NCBI GenBank assembly: GCA_963663545.1
Contig: OY760505.1
Span: forward strand, 3,264,001-3,328,000
DNA length: 64,000 nucleotides
Direction: 5' to 3'
Origin: Candidatus Delongbacteria bacterium
Lineage (GTDB): Bacteria; CAIWAD01
The notes beneath the pieces were generated by a model. That model worked only from the letters and a program-made list of their open reading frames with translations. It did no database searches and was not told the DNA's origin. Both the position numbers and the translations under genes were made by a program. Shown here in pieces: positions 31,074 to 41,407 of the stretch. Numbering within the stretch: position 1 is the stretch's first letter; every line of letters begins with the position of its first letter.

Positions 31074-34000
31074 TGGAGTTTGATGCTTCCCTCGTCCAGG
31101 AATTTGTCGCCGAATCCCAGGAACACCTCGCGAGTATCGAGGAGGATTTTCTGGCCCTGGAACAGCAGGCGGACAATCCGGACAAGGAACTGATAGGCAA
31201 GGTCTTTCGCGCCATCCATTCCACCAAGGGAGCGGCGGGTTGCCTGGGCTTTACCCACATCGCCGAGCTCTCGCACGTTATGGAAACGCTGCTGGACATG
31301 ATGCGCGATGGCGAGATCAAGCCCGAAGCCTGCTATGTGGACGCGCTGCTGGCGGGCGTGGATCACCTGAACCGCATGCTGGCGGACATCGACAACAGCG
31401 GCGAAGTAGATACGGAGGAGATCAGCGAGACTCTGCGCAATCTCATTCAGAGCGGGGCCACCGACGAGACCCGCGTAGCCATGGCTACGCCGGTACCCTT
31501 GGCTGACAGCGAGGGCGTGGACCTGGGCTTTGTGCTTTCGCGCTTCCGCCTGGAGCGTATTCCTGATGAACTGCGCTTTCTCTATCTGCTGAGCTTTGAC
31601 TTGAATGAGCTGATGGCGGGCAACGGGCCTACGCCAGTGACCCTTAGTCGCGATCTGATTTCCGTCGGCCAGATTCTGGATGCCCGGCTCGATAGCCCTG
31701 CCGAGGATCTGCGTTCGCCGCTGGACAAACATCCGCTGCAGATCGATCTGCTATTGGCTACCGGACTGGCGCAGGATGCTGTTGCGCTGGTCACCGGACT
31801 TGCGCCAACGCAAATTTTACGTGTGACACGCGACGAAGTGCTGGCCCACGCGATGCAGCAGAGCGAGGCCGCCGAAGCCACACCGGCTCCCGCTCCCGCG
31901 AAGACCGCGGTCGCATCCAAGGCGGAAAAGGCCGCGGCGCCCGCTATGGAGCAGGCCGCCAAGCCAAAGCCGAAGGAAACTCCCGCTCCGGCCAAGTCCG
32001 CCAAAAAGAAAACCACCACTGCACCGGTAGCGGCGGCTGCCGCAGCGGCGCCCGCCGGTGGCAACGGCGTGAAAAAGGAGGGCGACAACGGCGGCGATCT
32101 GATTCGCATTCCGGTGGCGCTGCTCAATCAGCTGATGACCTTGGCCGGCGAGCTGGTGCTGGTGCGCAATCAGCAACTGCTGCACGTCAACCGCGACGAC
32201 GCCGTCGCCCGTGGCATTGCCCAGCGCCTGGATCTGGTCACCACCGAGCTGCAGGAAATGATCATGCGCACGCGCATGCAGCCGGTGGGCAACATATTTG
32301 GAAAGGTGCCGCGCATCATTCGCGACCTCAGCCGCAAATTGAACAAGAAGATCGAGTTGCAGATCACCGGCAACGAGGTGGAGCTGGACAAGACGATTCT
32401 GGAATCGCTCACCGACCCGCTGACGCACCTGGTGCGCAACTGCTGCGATCACGCCATTGAGGTTCCCGCCGAGCGTCGCGCTGCTGGCAAACCCGAAACC
32501 GGCCTGGTGCGCCTGGACGCTTTCCACGAGGGCGGGCAGATCAACATCCTCATTCGCGACGACGGCAAGGGCCTGGACACCGAGGTGCTCAAAGCCAAAG
32601 CACTGGAGCGCGAGCTCTTCAGCGAGGCCGAGTTGGAGGCCATGAGCGAGCGCGAACTACAGAATCTGATCACCCTGCCAGGCTTCTCGACCGCCAAGGA
32701 AGTCAGCGATGTTTCGGGCCGCGGCGTGGGCATGGATGTAGTACGCGCCAGCCTGGAGAAGCTGGGCGGCACGCTGGAAATCCAGTCGGAGCTGGGACAG
32801 GGCACCACCATGCACCTGCGCTTGCCATTGACTCTGGCCATCATTCCCTGTCTGGTGGTGGTGGTGCAGGGCGAGCGCTACGCTATTCCGCAGGTCAACC
32901 TGGAAGAGCTGGTGCGCCTCTACGACGACGATGTGCGCACTACCATAGAATGCGCCGACGGTCAGGAGGTCTACCGCCTGCGCGACCGGCTTCTGCCGAT
33001 GGTGCGGCTGGGCGAAGTGCTGGAGCGCGCCTATACCTTCGATGCCACCGTTAGCGCCAACATTGCGCAGAAATACCGCCAGCAGCAGACGGAACGAACG
33101 CCGGGCACGCACCAGGCGTTGAGCTTCGCCGTGGTCAAGGTGGGCGATCGTCGCTTTGGGTTGATCGTCGACGAGGTGCTGGGCACCGAGGAAATCGTCG
33201 TCAAGCCCATGCACGGCATCCTGAAGAGCCTGAGCATCTACAGCGGAGCCACGGTCTTGGGCGACGGGCGCGTGGCGCTGATCCTCGATATCGAGGGCGT
33301 TGCCACTCATGCGGGCATCGACCAGCAGAGTTCGGAGGATGCCCAGGCCAGCGAACTGCGCCACTGGCAGGATGTGCAGACGGTGCTGCTGTTCAAGTCC
33401 GGTGGTGCCGAGCAGTACGCGGTGGCGCTGCCGCTGGTGAAGCGCATCGAGCGCATTCCGCTTTCCGCCATTGAGCAGGTGGCCAATCGCGAATTCATCA
33501 CCATCGACGACATGTCCACGCTGATCATGCGCCTGGATCAAGTGCTGCCGGTGACGAGTCAGATCGAGGGCAATGAGGCCTATCTGCTGTTGCCCAAACA
33601 CTCGCCCAGACCCTTCGGCATTCTGGTGAACCAAATCGTCGACATCGTCGAGACTCCGCTGGAGCTTAACGTGGACAGCTATCAGGAAGAAGGCCTGCTG
33701 GGCACCGCCATCGTGCGCGATCACATGACCCTCTTCCTGGACCTCTTTGCGCTGATCGAGCGCTTCCAGCCGGACTGGTTCGGCGAGCATTCGGGTGTGA
33801 AGCGCGACCAGAAGGTGTTGCTAGTGGAGGACACCAGCTTCTTCCGGCAGCTGGTACGCAGCTATCTGGAAGGCCTGGGCTTTGATGTGGAAACGGCCCA
33901 GGATGGAGTGGAAGGCTTGGCGCGTCTGGACCAGGGGCGCTACGATCTGGTGGTCAGCGATCTGGAAATGCCGCGCATGGACGGCTGGGAGTTTGTGCGT

Positions 34001-34192
34001 CAGTTGCGCGGACGCGACGAGCTGGCGCAGCTGCCGGTGATCGCCCTGACGGCGCTGGATTCGGAAACCGATCGCGAACAGGCCTTTGCCGCAGGATTTG
34101 ACGGCTACGAAGTCAAGCTGGACCGTGAGCGTCTGCTGACCTGCATTCAGCAGCACCTGGCGCATCCGCATCAACTGGGAGAGCGCGCATGA
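31070..34192 (+). CDS. cheA: Chemosensory kinase CheA with two CheW domains and C-terminal REC
   Basis: Hpt FRAIHSTKG; DPLTHLVRN; SGRGVGMDVV; C-terminal receiver domain. Confidence 0.95.
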   Translation: MMEFDASLVQEFVAESQEHLASIEEDFLALEQQADNPDKELIGKVFRAIHSTKGAAGCLGFTHIAELSHVMETLLDMMRDGEIKPEACYVDALLAGVDHLNRMLADIDNSGEVDTEEISETLRNLIQSGATDETRVAMATPVPLADSEGVDLGFVLSRFRLERIPDELRFLYLLSFDLNELMAGNGPTPVTLSRDLISVGQILDARLDSPAEDLRSPLDKHPLQIDLLLATGLAQDAVALVTGLAPTQILRVTRDEVLAHAMQQSEAAEATPAPAPAKTAVASKAEKAAAPAMEQAAKPKPKETPAPAKSAKKKTTTAPVAAAAAAAPAGGNGVKKEGDNGGDLIRIPVALLNQLMTLAGELVLVRNQQLLHVNRDDAVARGIAQRLDLVTTELQEMIMRTRMQPVGNIFGKVPRIIRDLSRKLNKKIELQITGNEVELDKTILESLTDPLTHLVRNCCDHAIEVPAERRAAGKPETGLVRLDAFHEGGQINILIRDDGKGLDTEVLKAKALERELFSEAELEAMSERELQNLITLPGFSTAKEVSDVSGRGVGMDVVRASLEKLGGTLEIQSELGQGTTMHLRLPLTLAIIPCLVVVVQGERYAIPQVNLEELVRLYDDDVRTTIECADGQEVYRLRDRLLPMVRLGEVLERAYTFDATVSANIAQKYRQQQTERTPGTHQALSFAVVKVGDRRFGLIVDEVLGTEEIVVKPMHGILKSLSIYSGATVLGDGRVALILDIEGVATHAGIDQQSSEDAQASELRHWQDVQTVLLFKSGGAEQYAVALPLVKRIERIPLSAIEQVANREFITIDDMSTLIMRLDQVLPVTSQIEGNEAYLLLPKHSPRPFGILVNQIVDIVETPLELNVDSYQEEGLLGTAIVRDHMTLFLDLFALIERFQPDWFGEHSGVKRDQKVLLVEDTSFFRQLVRSYLEGLGFDVETAQDGVEGLARLDQGRYDLVVSDLEMPRMDGWEFVRQLRGRDELAQLPVIALTALDSETDREQAFAAGFDGYEVKLDRERLLTCIQQHLAHPHQLGERA

Positions 34193-34707
34193 GCAAGCAA
34201 GTCATCAAGAGCGGGCCCAAGCGCAAAGAGGAGGGGCACCCCAGTGCGGCACAGCGGCAGTTCTGCTCTTTCCGTCTGGCGGGCCGTCTCTACGGCGTGG
34301 ACATTCTGGATGTGAAAGAGATCAACCCCGAGAATACCTTCACGCCCATTTATCACGCTCCCGAAGAAGTGCGCGGCTACGTGAACATTCGCGGCCAGAT
34401 CAATCTCGTGCTGGACCTGCGGCGTCTGCTGGGCTTTGAGCCGCACCAGGCGGACCAGGACAGCCGCATTGTGCTCTTCAAACCGCACGTGGGCGAGAAC
34501 TTCGGTGTGCTGGTGGACCAGGTGGGCGATGTGGTCAGCGTGAGCGAGGATCGCATCGAGGACCGCCGCGCCGACAGCCAGGGTGCTCCCGAGGGCCGCG
34601 AACGTCGCAATGAGCTACGCGCCGCCCGTGGCGTCTGCAAGCTGGAGCAAGAGCTGCTGGTGATCCTGGACGCACGGGTGTTTCTAACAACAATCAAGAC
34701 AAATTAG
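34189..34707 (+). CDS. cheW: CheW coupling protein
   Basis: VRGYVNIRGQI...LDLRRLLG...GVLVDQV. Confidence 0.93.
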   Translation: MSKQVIKSGPKRKEEGHPSAAQRQFCSFRLAGRLYGVDILDVKEINPENTFTPIYHAPEEVRGYVNIRGQINLVLDLRRLLGFEPHQADQDSRIVLFKPHVGENFGVLVDQVGDVVSVSEDRIEDRRADSQGAPEGRERRNELRAARGVCKLEQELLVILDARVFLTTIKTN

Positions 34708-34730
34708 CGATACAGAAAAGGGGAATCCCG

Positions 34731-37028
34731 ATGAATATGCGCAACCTTCCTATTGAGCGATTGATCCTGGGCACGCTGATTTTCGCCCTGGCTCTGATGC
34801 TCGTATTGATGTTGTTGGGTGTGCAAGGCGTCAGCAAAGTGGCCGATTACGCCGATCAGGCCGTCGATCGCTACCGCCTGGAGCGCACCATGATTCAGGC
34901 TGAAGTGGGGCACCTGGAGGCCAGCGAAATCGTCGCCGACGCCCTGCTCGAGGGCAAAGCGCGCCGCGTGCAAGTGGCCGCCGATGGTCGCGTTTGCAGC
35001 TTCGGCACCTGGCTGGCCAGCGAGGAGCGCCATCACTACGCTACGGCTTATCCCGCTTTGGCACCGCTGTTCACGCAGATTGAAGCGCCACATCTGGAGT
35101 ATCACGAATTGCTTGGTGAAGTAGGCGAGCTGATCGAGGCGGGCAAGTTTGCCGAAGCGACTCACATGATGGAAGCCGAGGTTCTGCCAGCGCGCGAAGC
35201 GGTGATCCACGGCCTGGGCGGCATTATCGAAAAGGCCACCGAAACCATGATGACCGGCAAGCACATGCTGGAGTTGGCCGATGCTCGCAAGCGCAATGTG
35301 ATGATTCTGGGAATCGTGGCGCTGGCCATCGGCATTGGGCTCATTGTCATCACTCTGCGTGAGTTCCGCAGCAGTCTGCGTGCGCTGATCAAGCTGGTTG
35401 GCCGCGAGGTGGAGCTGGTCACAGTGGGCCGACTGCGCGAAAAGGTGGACGCCAGTGGCATCAACGTGCAGCTGCGGCCCATTATCGATGCGGTGAACAA
35501 GGTGATCTCGCTATTGGTGGGGCATATCGACGATATTCCCACACCGGTAATGATTGTTGATCGCGAGTTCAACGTGCAATTCCTCAACAAGGCGGGCGTT
35601 GACGTAGGCAGCCTGAGCATGGACCAGGCCCATCGCATGAAGTGCTTCGACGTTTTCAAGACCAGCGATTGCCGCACGGCCAACTGTGCCTGTGCGCGCG
35701 CCATGAACACGCGCCAGACGGCGGCCAGCGAGACCGATGCCCATCCGGGTAACCTGAATCTTGAGATCAAGTACACCGGCACACCGGTGACCAACGACGA
35801 TGGTGAAGTGGTGGCCGCCCTCGAAATCGTGGTGGATCAGACCGAGATCAAGCTCGCGCAGCGGCGCATGGAGAAGGTGGCCAAGTACCAGGACGGCGAG
35901 GTGGAGAAGCTCTCCGACAGCCTGCGTCGCGTGGCCGACGGCGATCTGACCACACACTATGCCACCGCCGCTTCGGACAAGGATACGGACCAGGTGGCGC
36001 AGAGCTTCAACGGCATTTCGGTGGCACTCAACCAGACGGTCAAGAACCTGGCTGGCATGATGAAGACCATCCAGGCCAACACCCGCGTGCTCTCCGCCAG
36101 CAGCGAAGAGCTTTCCGCGACTTCGCGGCAGCTGGTTGCTGGCAGCGAGGAGATGACGGCACAAAGCGCCAACGTGGCCAGCGCCACCGAGCAGGTGAGC
36201 ACCAACATCAACGCCATGGCCACCGTCGCCGAAGAGATGAGCATGAACGTGCAGACGGTGTCGGCCAACGCCGAGCAGATGTCGACGAACATGAACGCGG
36301 TGGCGGGAGCCATTGAAGAGATGACTGTTTCCATCGGTGGCATCGCCGACAGCAGCCGCGAGGGCTCACGCATTGCGTCTCAGGCCATGGATCTGGCCAA
36401 AGGCGCGACGACCACTATGAACACGCTGGGCGAGGCGGCGCGCGCCATCGGTCAGGTCACGGAAGTCATCAAGCGCATCGCCGAGCAGACCAACCTGCTG
36501 GCGCTGAATGCGACCATCGAGGCCGCCAGCGCGGGCGAAGCGGGCAAGGGCTTTGCCGTGGTCGCCAATGAGATCAAGGAGCTGGCCAACCAGAGCGCCC
36601 AGGCGGCGGAAGACATCGCCAAGCGCATCGAGGGTGTGCAGCAGAATACGGGCGACGCCGTGCAGGTAATCGCCGATGTCAGCCAGATCATCGCCTCCAT
36701 CAACGAGTCCGTTGACGGTATCAGCCGCAGCGTGGACGAGCAGACCAAGGCGGCCAACGAGATTTCTTCCAACGTCGCGGAAGCCAACAGCGGTGCCAAC
36801 AACATTGCCAAGGCCATCGGCGAAGCGGCCAAGGGGGCCAACGACATGTCGCGCAACGCCGGCGAGGCCGCGCGCGGAGCCAACGAAGTCTCGACCAACA
36901 TTCAGGGCGTCAGCCAGGCCAGTCGCGATGCCAACGCGGGCGCGCAGCAGGTCAATCAGGCGGCCACCGAGCTGGCCCGCATTTCGGGCGAGTTGGGCGA
37001 GATGATCGCGCGATTCAAAGTAGAGTAG
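34731..37028 (+). CDS. Methyl-accepting chemotaxis protein with CZB-like and PAS-like domains
   Basis: IAEQTNLLALNATIEAASAGEAGKGFAVVANEIKELA; H...CSFGTW...H..YH segment between two TM helices. Confidence 0.93.
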   Translation: MNMRNLPIERLILGTLIFALALMLVLMLLGVQGVSKVADYADQAVDRYRLERTMIQAEVGHLEASEIVADALLEGKARRVQVAADGRVCSFGTWLASEERHHYATAYPALAPLFTQIEAPHLEYHELLGEVGELIEAGKFAEATHMMEAEVLPAREAVIHGLGGIIEKATETMMTGKHMLELADARKRNVMILGIVALAIGIGLIVITLREFRSSLRALIKLVGREVELVTVGRLREKVDASGINVQLRPIIDAVNKVISLLVGHIDDIPTPVMIVDREFNVQFLNKAGVDVGSLSMDQAHRMKCFDVFKTSDCRTANCACARAMNTRQTAASETDAHPGNLNLEIKYTGTPVTNDDGEVVAALEIVVDQTEIKLAQRRMEKVAKYQDGEVEKLSDSLRRVADGDLTTHYATAASDKDTDQVAQSFNGISVALNQTVKNLAGMMKTIQANTRVLSASSEELSATSRQLVAGSEEMTAQSANVASATEQVSTNINAMATVAEEMSMNVQTVSANAEQMSTNMNAVAGAIEEMTVSIGGIADSSREGSRIASQAMDLAKGATTTMNTLGEAARAIGQVTEVIKRIAEQTNLLALNATIEAASAGEAGKGFAVVANEIKELANQSAQAAEDIAKRIEGVQQNTGDAVQVIADVSQIIASINESVDGISRSVDEQTKAANEISSNVAEANSGANNIAKAIGEAAKGANDMSRNAGEAARGANEVSTNIQGVSQASRDANAGAQQVNQAATELARISGELGEMIARFKVE

Positions 37029-37107
37029 ACATTCCTCTCCGGGTCCCGTCGGGTACCGGTCACCGAGATGGTGCCCGGCGGGGTTCCGGCGAGTGGAAAG
37101 GGAAACC

Positions 37108-38202
37108 ATGGCCAAGACCTTGCGCGTGCTCATCGTCGACGATTCCCGGGTGTTCCGGGGCATGGTGGAAGAAGCCCTTCGCGGCCAGCCCGATATCGAG
37201 ATTGTCGGTTCGGTCTACAATGGCGTGAAGGCGGTTGAGTTCATCCAGGAGCACGAAGTGGACGTGCTTACACTGGATGTGGAAATGCCGGAGATGGACG
37301 GCCTGCAGGTGCTGCGGGCCATCGGTCGTCTCAATCGCGAAGGCAAGCTGAAACACACTCCCGGCGCGGTCATGCTGAGTGCGCTGACCCGCAAGGGGGC
37401 CGATGCCACCATCGCCGCCCTCAGCCTGGGCGCCTTTGATTTCATCGAAAAGCCCGATTCGGAGATGAGCGCCAGCGATACGGTGGTCATTCTGCGCCGT
37501 CAGTTGCTGGTCAAATTGCGTTTCTACGCCAGCCGTCTGCTGGCCGGGCAGCGCACTTTCGGCAGCGAGGCGGTGGTGATTCCACGCAACGAGCCCACCG
37601 CAGCTCTACTGAGCAAAGGCGTGCAGGCGATTCTGATCGGCGTCTCCACCGGCGGCCCGCGTGCGTTGACGGCGATGATGCCCGACCTTTGCCAGCGGAC
37701 CGATCTGCCCATTCTGATCGTGCAGCACATGCCCGCCACTTTCACCGCCAGCTTGGCGCACAGCTTGGATCAGATCTGTCGGCACACGGTAATGGAGGGC
37801 GCACAGGGCATGCGCGTCGAGGCCAACCACGTCTACATTGCGCCGGGCGGGCATCACATGATTGTGCGCAAAGGCGGAATGGGGCCGATTCTGGAAATCA
37901 CCGATACACCGCCGATCAAGGGTTGTCGTCCTTCGGTGGACGAGCTCTTTCTGTCGGCGGTCAAGGTGTACGGAGCCAAGTGTTTGGCGATGATTTTAAC
38001 GGGCATGGGCAACGATGGCACCGACGGCGCCGAGAAGCTGAAAGCTGAAGGCGTTTGGGTCATGGTGCAGGACGAGGCCAGCAGCGTGGTCTGGGGCATG
38101 CCGGGAGCCGCCGTCAAGCGCGGCTGTGTCGATCAGGTCATGCCGCTGGCGGATTTACCACGAGGAGTTGAACTGGTTTTGCAGAGGGCAGGCAGGAGCT
38201 AA
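37108..38202 (+). CDS. cheB: Chemotaxis methylesterase CheB
   Basis: REC plus GVSTGGP, VQHMP, RPSVD, LTGMGNDG. Confidence 0.95.
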   Translation: MAKTLRVLIVDDSRVFRGMVEEALRGQPDIEIVGSVYNGVKAVEFIQEHEVDVLTLDVEMPEMDGLQVLRAIGRLNREGKLKHTPGAVMLSALTRKGADATIAALSLGAFDFIEKPDSEMSASDTVVILRRQLLVKLRFYASRLLAGQRTFGSEAVVIPRNEPTAALLSKGVQAILIGVSTGGPRALTAMMPDLCQRTDLPILIVQHMPATFTASLAHSLDQICRHTVMEGAQGMRVEANHVYIAPGGHHMIVRKGGMGPILEITDTPPIKGCRPSVDELFLSAVKVYGAKCLAMILTGMGNDGTDGAEKLKAEGVWVMVQDEASSVVWGMPGAAVKRGCVDQVMPLADLPRGVELVLQRAGRS

Positions 38203-38205
38203 CAC

Positions 38206-39069
38206 ATGGATATCACACCGACCGTATTCAAGCTGCTTACGGACTACATCTACGAGCAGGCCGGACTGGTGATCAGCGAAGAGAAGAAGTACTTGATTCC
38301 CCAACGGCTGGAACCCCTGGTGCGCGAACTCAACTGCCGCAGTTGGGAGGAGTTTTACAGCGTCATTCAAGCGCGCAACACTCCCGCACTGACCTCGCGC
38401 ATCATTGACGCCATGACCACCAACGAGACCAGCTTCTTTCGCGATGGGCATCCCTTTGAGGCGCTGCGCAGCCAGATTCTGCTGCAGCTGAGCCGGTTGG
38501 CGGTGGCGCGTGCGTCACGCGAAGTCGTGCGGCGCGGACCCAAACTGCGCATCTGGAGCGCGGCCTCGTCCACCGGGCAGGAAGCCTACAGCATGGCGAT
38601 GATGATCGACGAGCTGGTGCGCGGGCCGATGAATCCCGGCATTCAGCGCGAGGATTTCGAGATTCTGGCTACGGATATCTCCAGCCAGGTGCTGGCGCAG
38701 GCCATTCGTGGGCGCTACAACAAACTGGAGATTTCGCGCGGCATGCCCCAGGGCAGTCGTGAGCGCTACTTCCGGCAGGAGGGCGACAACTGGGTGCTGC
38801 GCGAGGACGTGCGCGGCATGGTGGAATTCCGCCAAATGAACCTGATGGGCAACCTGACGCAGTTGGGTGCTTTTGATCTGATTCTGGTGCGCAACGTGCT
38901 GATCTACTTTAATGATGAGACCAAGAAGCGCATCCTGAAGCAGATGCACGGCATGATGAACCGCGAGGGCATGCTGATGCTGGGCTCAACGGAGAGTATG
39001 TACGGTCTGGGCTTGCCGTTCAAAACGGAGACGGTGGGGGGTACTATGGTGTACCGTCCGGTGGTGTAA
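38206..39069 (+). CDS. cheR: Chemotaxis methyltransferase CheR
   Basis: TTNETSFFRD, IWSAASSTGQEAYS, RNVLIYF. Confidence 0.95.
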   Translation: MDITPTVFKLLTDYIYEQAGLVISEEKKYLIPQRLEPLVRELNCRSWEEFYSVIQARNTPALTSRIIDAMTTNETSFFRDGHPFEALRSQILLQLSRLAVARASREVVRRGPKLRIWSAASSTGQEAYSMAMMIDELVRGPMNPGIQREDFEILATDISSQVLAQAIRGRYNKLEISRGMPQGSRERYFRQEGDNWVLREDVRGMVEFRQMNLMGNLTQLGAFDLILVRNVLIYFNDETKKRILKQMHGMMNREGMLMLGSTESMYGLGLPFKTETVGGTMVYRPVV

Positions 39070-39099
39070 CGCGACACCCCATTCCCCCCGCGTATTTTC

Positions 39100-39718
39100 T
39101 TAATCGCTATCGCTGCCGACCCTTCGGGTCGGATCGGTATCGGTATCGCTATCGGGATCCGACTTGGCTCCGCAAGTCGGCGGGATCGAGGCGCTGCCGC
39201 ATAGCCAACACTATGTAGCCTATGGACGAAGGCGTGCTACTTTTTAGAACGACGCCGACAGCAGAGTTCAATAGCACGACTTCGTCGAGGTCACGTGCGT
39301 AGCGCGTGACACGCCTGCGGCGGGCGAAGACAAGTTACTTTCTTTGTCGCGCCAAAGAAAGTAACAAAGAAAGCGCTCGGCCCCCGACCAGAGGACAGTT
39401 GACCGCTGGTCAACTGCCGCTGGCGGAGCGCGGCTGTGGCTGATATGTTTCGCTCATGTATTCACGCCTTCGGCGTTCATTCCTGCCCTTCGGGCATTTG
39501 CTGTGGGCTGGCTGTGGGGAAGGGTGGCTGCGTGGCTGAAGAGTCGGAAGCCGATTCTTCGTCTGCTCTTCGACAGGAATCGTTGAAGGCCAGGAGGAGA
39601 TTTCTCGCGAATTCGCAGCGCTGCAAATGCAGATGAATCCTGATGCGAGAATTCTCCGAGGTGTCCAGTGCGTAGCACTGGACACACGAGGTGCTGACCG
39701 CGCTGCGGTCAGCACACG
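39100..39718. repeat. Cluster of modular palindromic (REP/MITE-like) repeats
   Basis: Modules shared with 58329-58733 and 61424-61499; many hairpins. Confidence 0.75.
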
Positions 39719-40137
39719 CACTCAGTCAGGCGCAATCCGGCACCATAGAGCAGCGAGGCCTGCAGACGGAAGACACCCTCAAGGTTGTCCAGCAGCGACC
39801 GGACTTCCTGCCGTGAAAGCACAACCGGGATATGCTTTGATGGCTTGGCTTTCGTGAAGCTTGAGAACTCACCGATTTCGTGGTGTAGAACATTTCGGTA
39901 CAGGAAAACAATGGCGCAAAGGGCTTGGGTCTGAGTGGAAGGGGCCACGCATTGGTGGACGGCAAGATGGGATAGAAAGTCTTCTACAGCGCTTGGCTTC
40001 AGCTCACAGGGATGCTGAAGCTTATTGTATCTCAAGAAACTGAGGATCCAGTGCCAATAGACACGCTCGGTGCTTTCGCTAAGATGCTGCTTACGGCATG
40101 ATGCATGGAACAGGTCTCGCAGTCTTTGTCCTGTCAT
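39709..40137 (-). pseudogene. intI: Integron integrase, 3'-truncated
   Basis: HPCEL...VEDFLSHLA...VAPSTQTQALCAIVFLY...IPVVLSRQEV...LLYGAGLRLTEC, then stops in a hairpin repeat; no HxxRH or catalytic Tyr. Confidence 0.9.
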
Positions 40138-40377
40138 GTTAACTCCACCCCGTTAAGTACGTAGCTGTTGTCAGGATAAGAGAGTAACAGGGGCCGCTCA
40201 CGGAGTTGGGCGCTCAGCTAACTAGTTCGATTTCGAGTGTCGGCCTTTCTTGACAAGGATGTGTTTTTCCTTGTTCTACCTATGCAGGATATGCGAACTT
40301 AGGTCCGTGCTTGGCTGGATACACAGGAATACAGCAATGCGAAGAGCGGACTTAACAGGACCCAGAGAAGTACGAGG

Positions 40378-40415
40378 CGGCGGGATAACACGGTCCGTAG
40401 AATCAGATGTTAGCT
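40378..40415 (+). other. Putative attI site
   Basis: GTTAGCT core at 40409-40415, between divergent intI and the first cassette. Confidence 0.65.
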
Positions 40416-40495
40416 AGCACTGGCAAAAGCCGAGAAGAGATTCGGAAATCGTCCGTGGACGATGCGCAAACGTATACATAGCAAGGAGAAACGAA

Positions 40496-41086
40496 TTGTC
40501 TGCTGCTGATTTTAGTCACTTAATTCCACATCAACTCCGAATGAATGAATCAAGGTTTATGCTGTTTGTGGATGGAGAGGGCTTTACTGCAAGATACCAG
40601 AAGTTACGAGATGACGGAATTGCTAAAGAGCGTCCGGGCGAACTGTTTCATCGCGACACTGCATTTTGGCCAAGGCAATTCAGGGATATTGGTTCAAATC
40701 TTCGGATAAAGCTCATTAGACGACACTACTATACTTCTGCTCCTGGGGACGAAACAGATAGAGCTAAGATCGTTGATGACCTTAAGGCTATGAATATTGA
40801 GTCAGCTCAAGTATTCCATAGAAGCAAAAGTCGTGGGTCAAAAAGAGTTGACATTTCTCTTACGACAGACATGCTCATACATTCTTTCAGAAATGTCTAT
40901 GATGCTGCAATATTGGTGGCTGGAGATGAGGACTTTGTTCCAGTGATTGAGGCAATCAAAAACGCTGGTAAATACGTAGTCTTGTGGTTCTGGGATGAAA
41001 GTAATGGGCTAAGTCCTCATCTGAAGCGAGCTGCAGACTTTTACGCGGACATTTCGATTCCAGCTATTCGCAAGAGTTCAATGTGA
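40496..41086 (+). CDS. NYN-domain (PIN-like) putative ribonuclease
   Basis: LFVDGE, KRVDISLTTDML, ILVAGDEDFVPVIEAIKNAGK, LKRAAD. Confidence 0.9.
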   Translation: MSAADFSHLIPHQLRMNESRFMLFVDGEGFTARYQKLRDDGIAKERPGELFHRDTAFWPRQFRDIGSNLRIKLIRRHYYTSAPGDETDRAKIVDDLKAMNIESAQVFHRSKSRGSKRVDISLTTDMLIHSFRNVYDAAILVAGDEDFVPVIEAIKNAGKYVVLWFWDESNGLSPHLKRAADFYADISIPAIRKSSM

Positions 41087-41115
41087 AGCTGCTAGCTAAC
41101 ACTTATGAGGCCCCC

Positions 41116-41405
41116 ATTGTCAATAGCACATAGGTGTTCCTTCCGATTTCCGGTTCTTTGATAGGAAGGCTAGATCACAATTCCGGCTTTATTTCACGGC
41201 CAGGCGCAGAGTGATTCCACAGCCAAACGCCTGTTCGCCAAGGCGAACAGGTTGTCGAAGCTTCAAAGCAAGCTTCGACCCTTGTACTAGCGAGGTACTG
41301 CTTCGCTTAACGCCCTAGAAACTCATTCGTACCCATATGCCGATCTATTCAAAGATACAGGCTCAGCGACAACTGTCCAGTTAGTCGGTGGACTTGGTTG
41401 TCGTG
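41116..41405 (-). ncRNA. Candidate bridge RNA/seekRNA region
   Basis: Located 3' of tnp as in IS1111; hairpins at 41230-41280; short matches to the predicted donor junction and target. Confidence 0.45.
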
Positions 41406-41407
41406 GA

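Noticed and set aside
28987..33790. Minus-strand ORFs of 230-405 aa
   Set aside because: Antisense shadows of the signalling and cheA genes
39100..39718. CRISPR array
   Set aside because: No identical direct repeats with regular spacers and no cas genes
40250..40285. Integron Pc promoter at TTGACA
   Set aside because: No convincing -10 at 16-18 bp spacing
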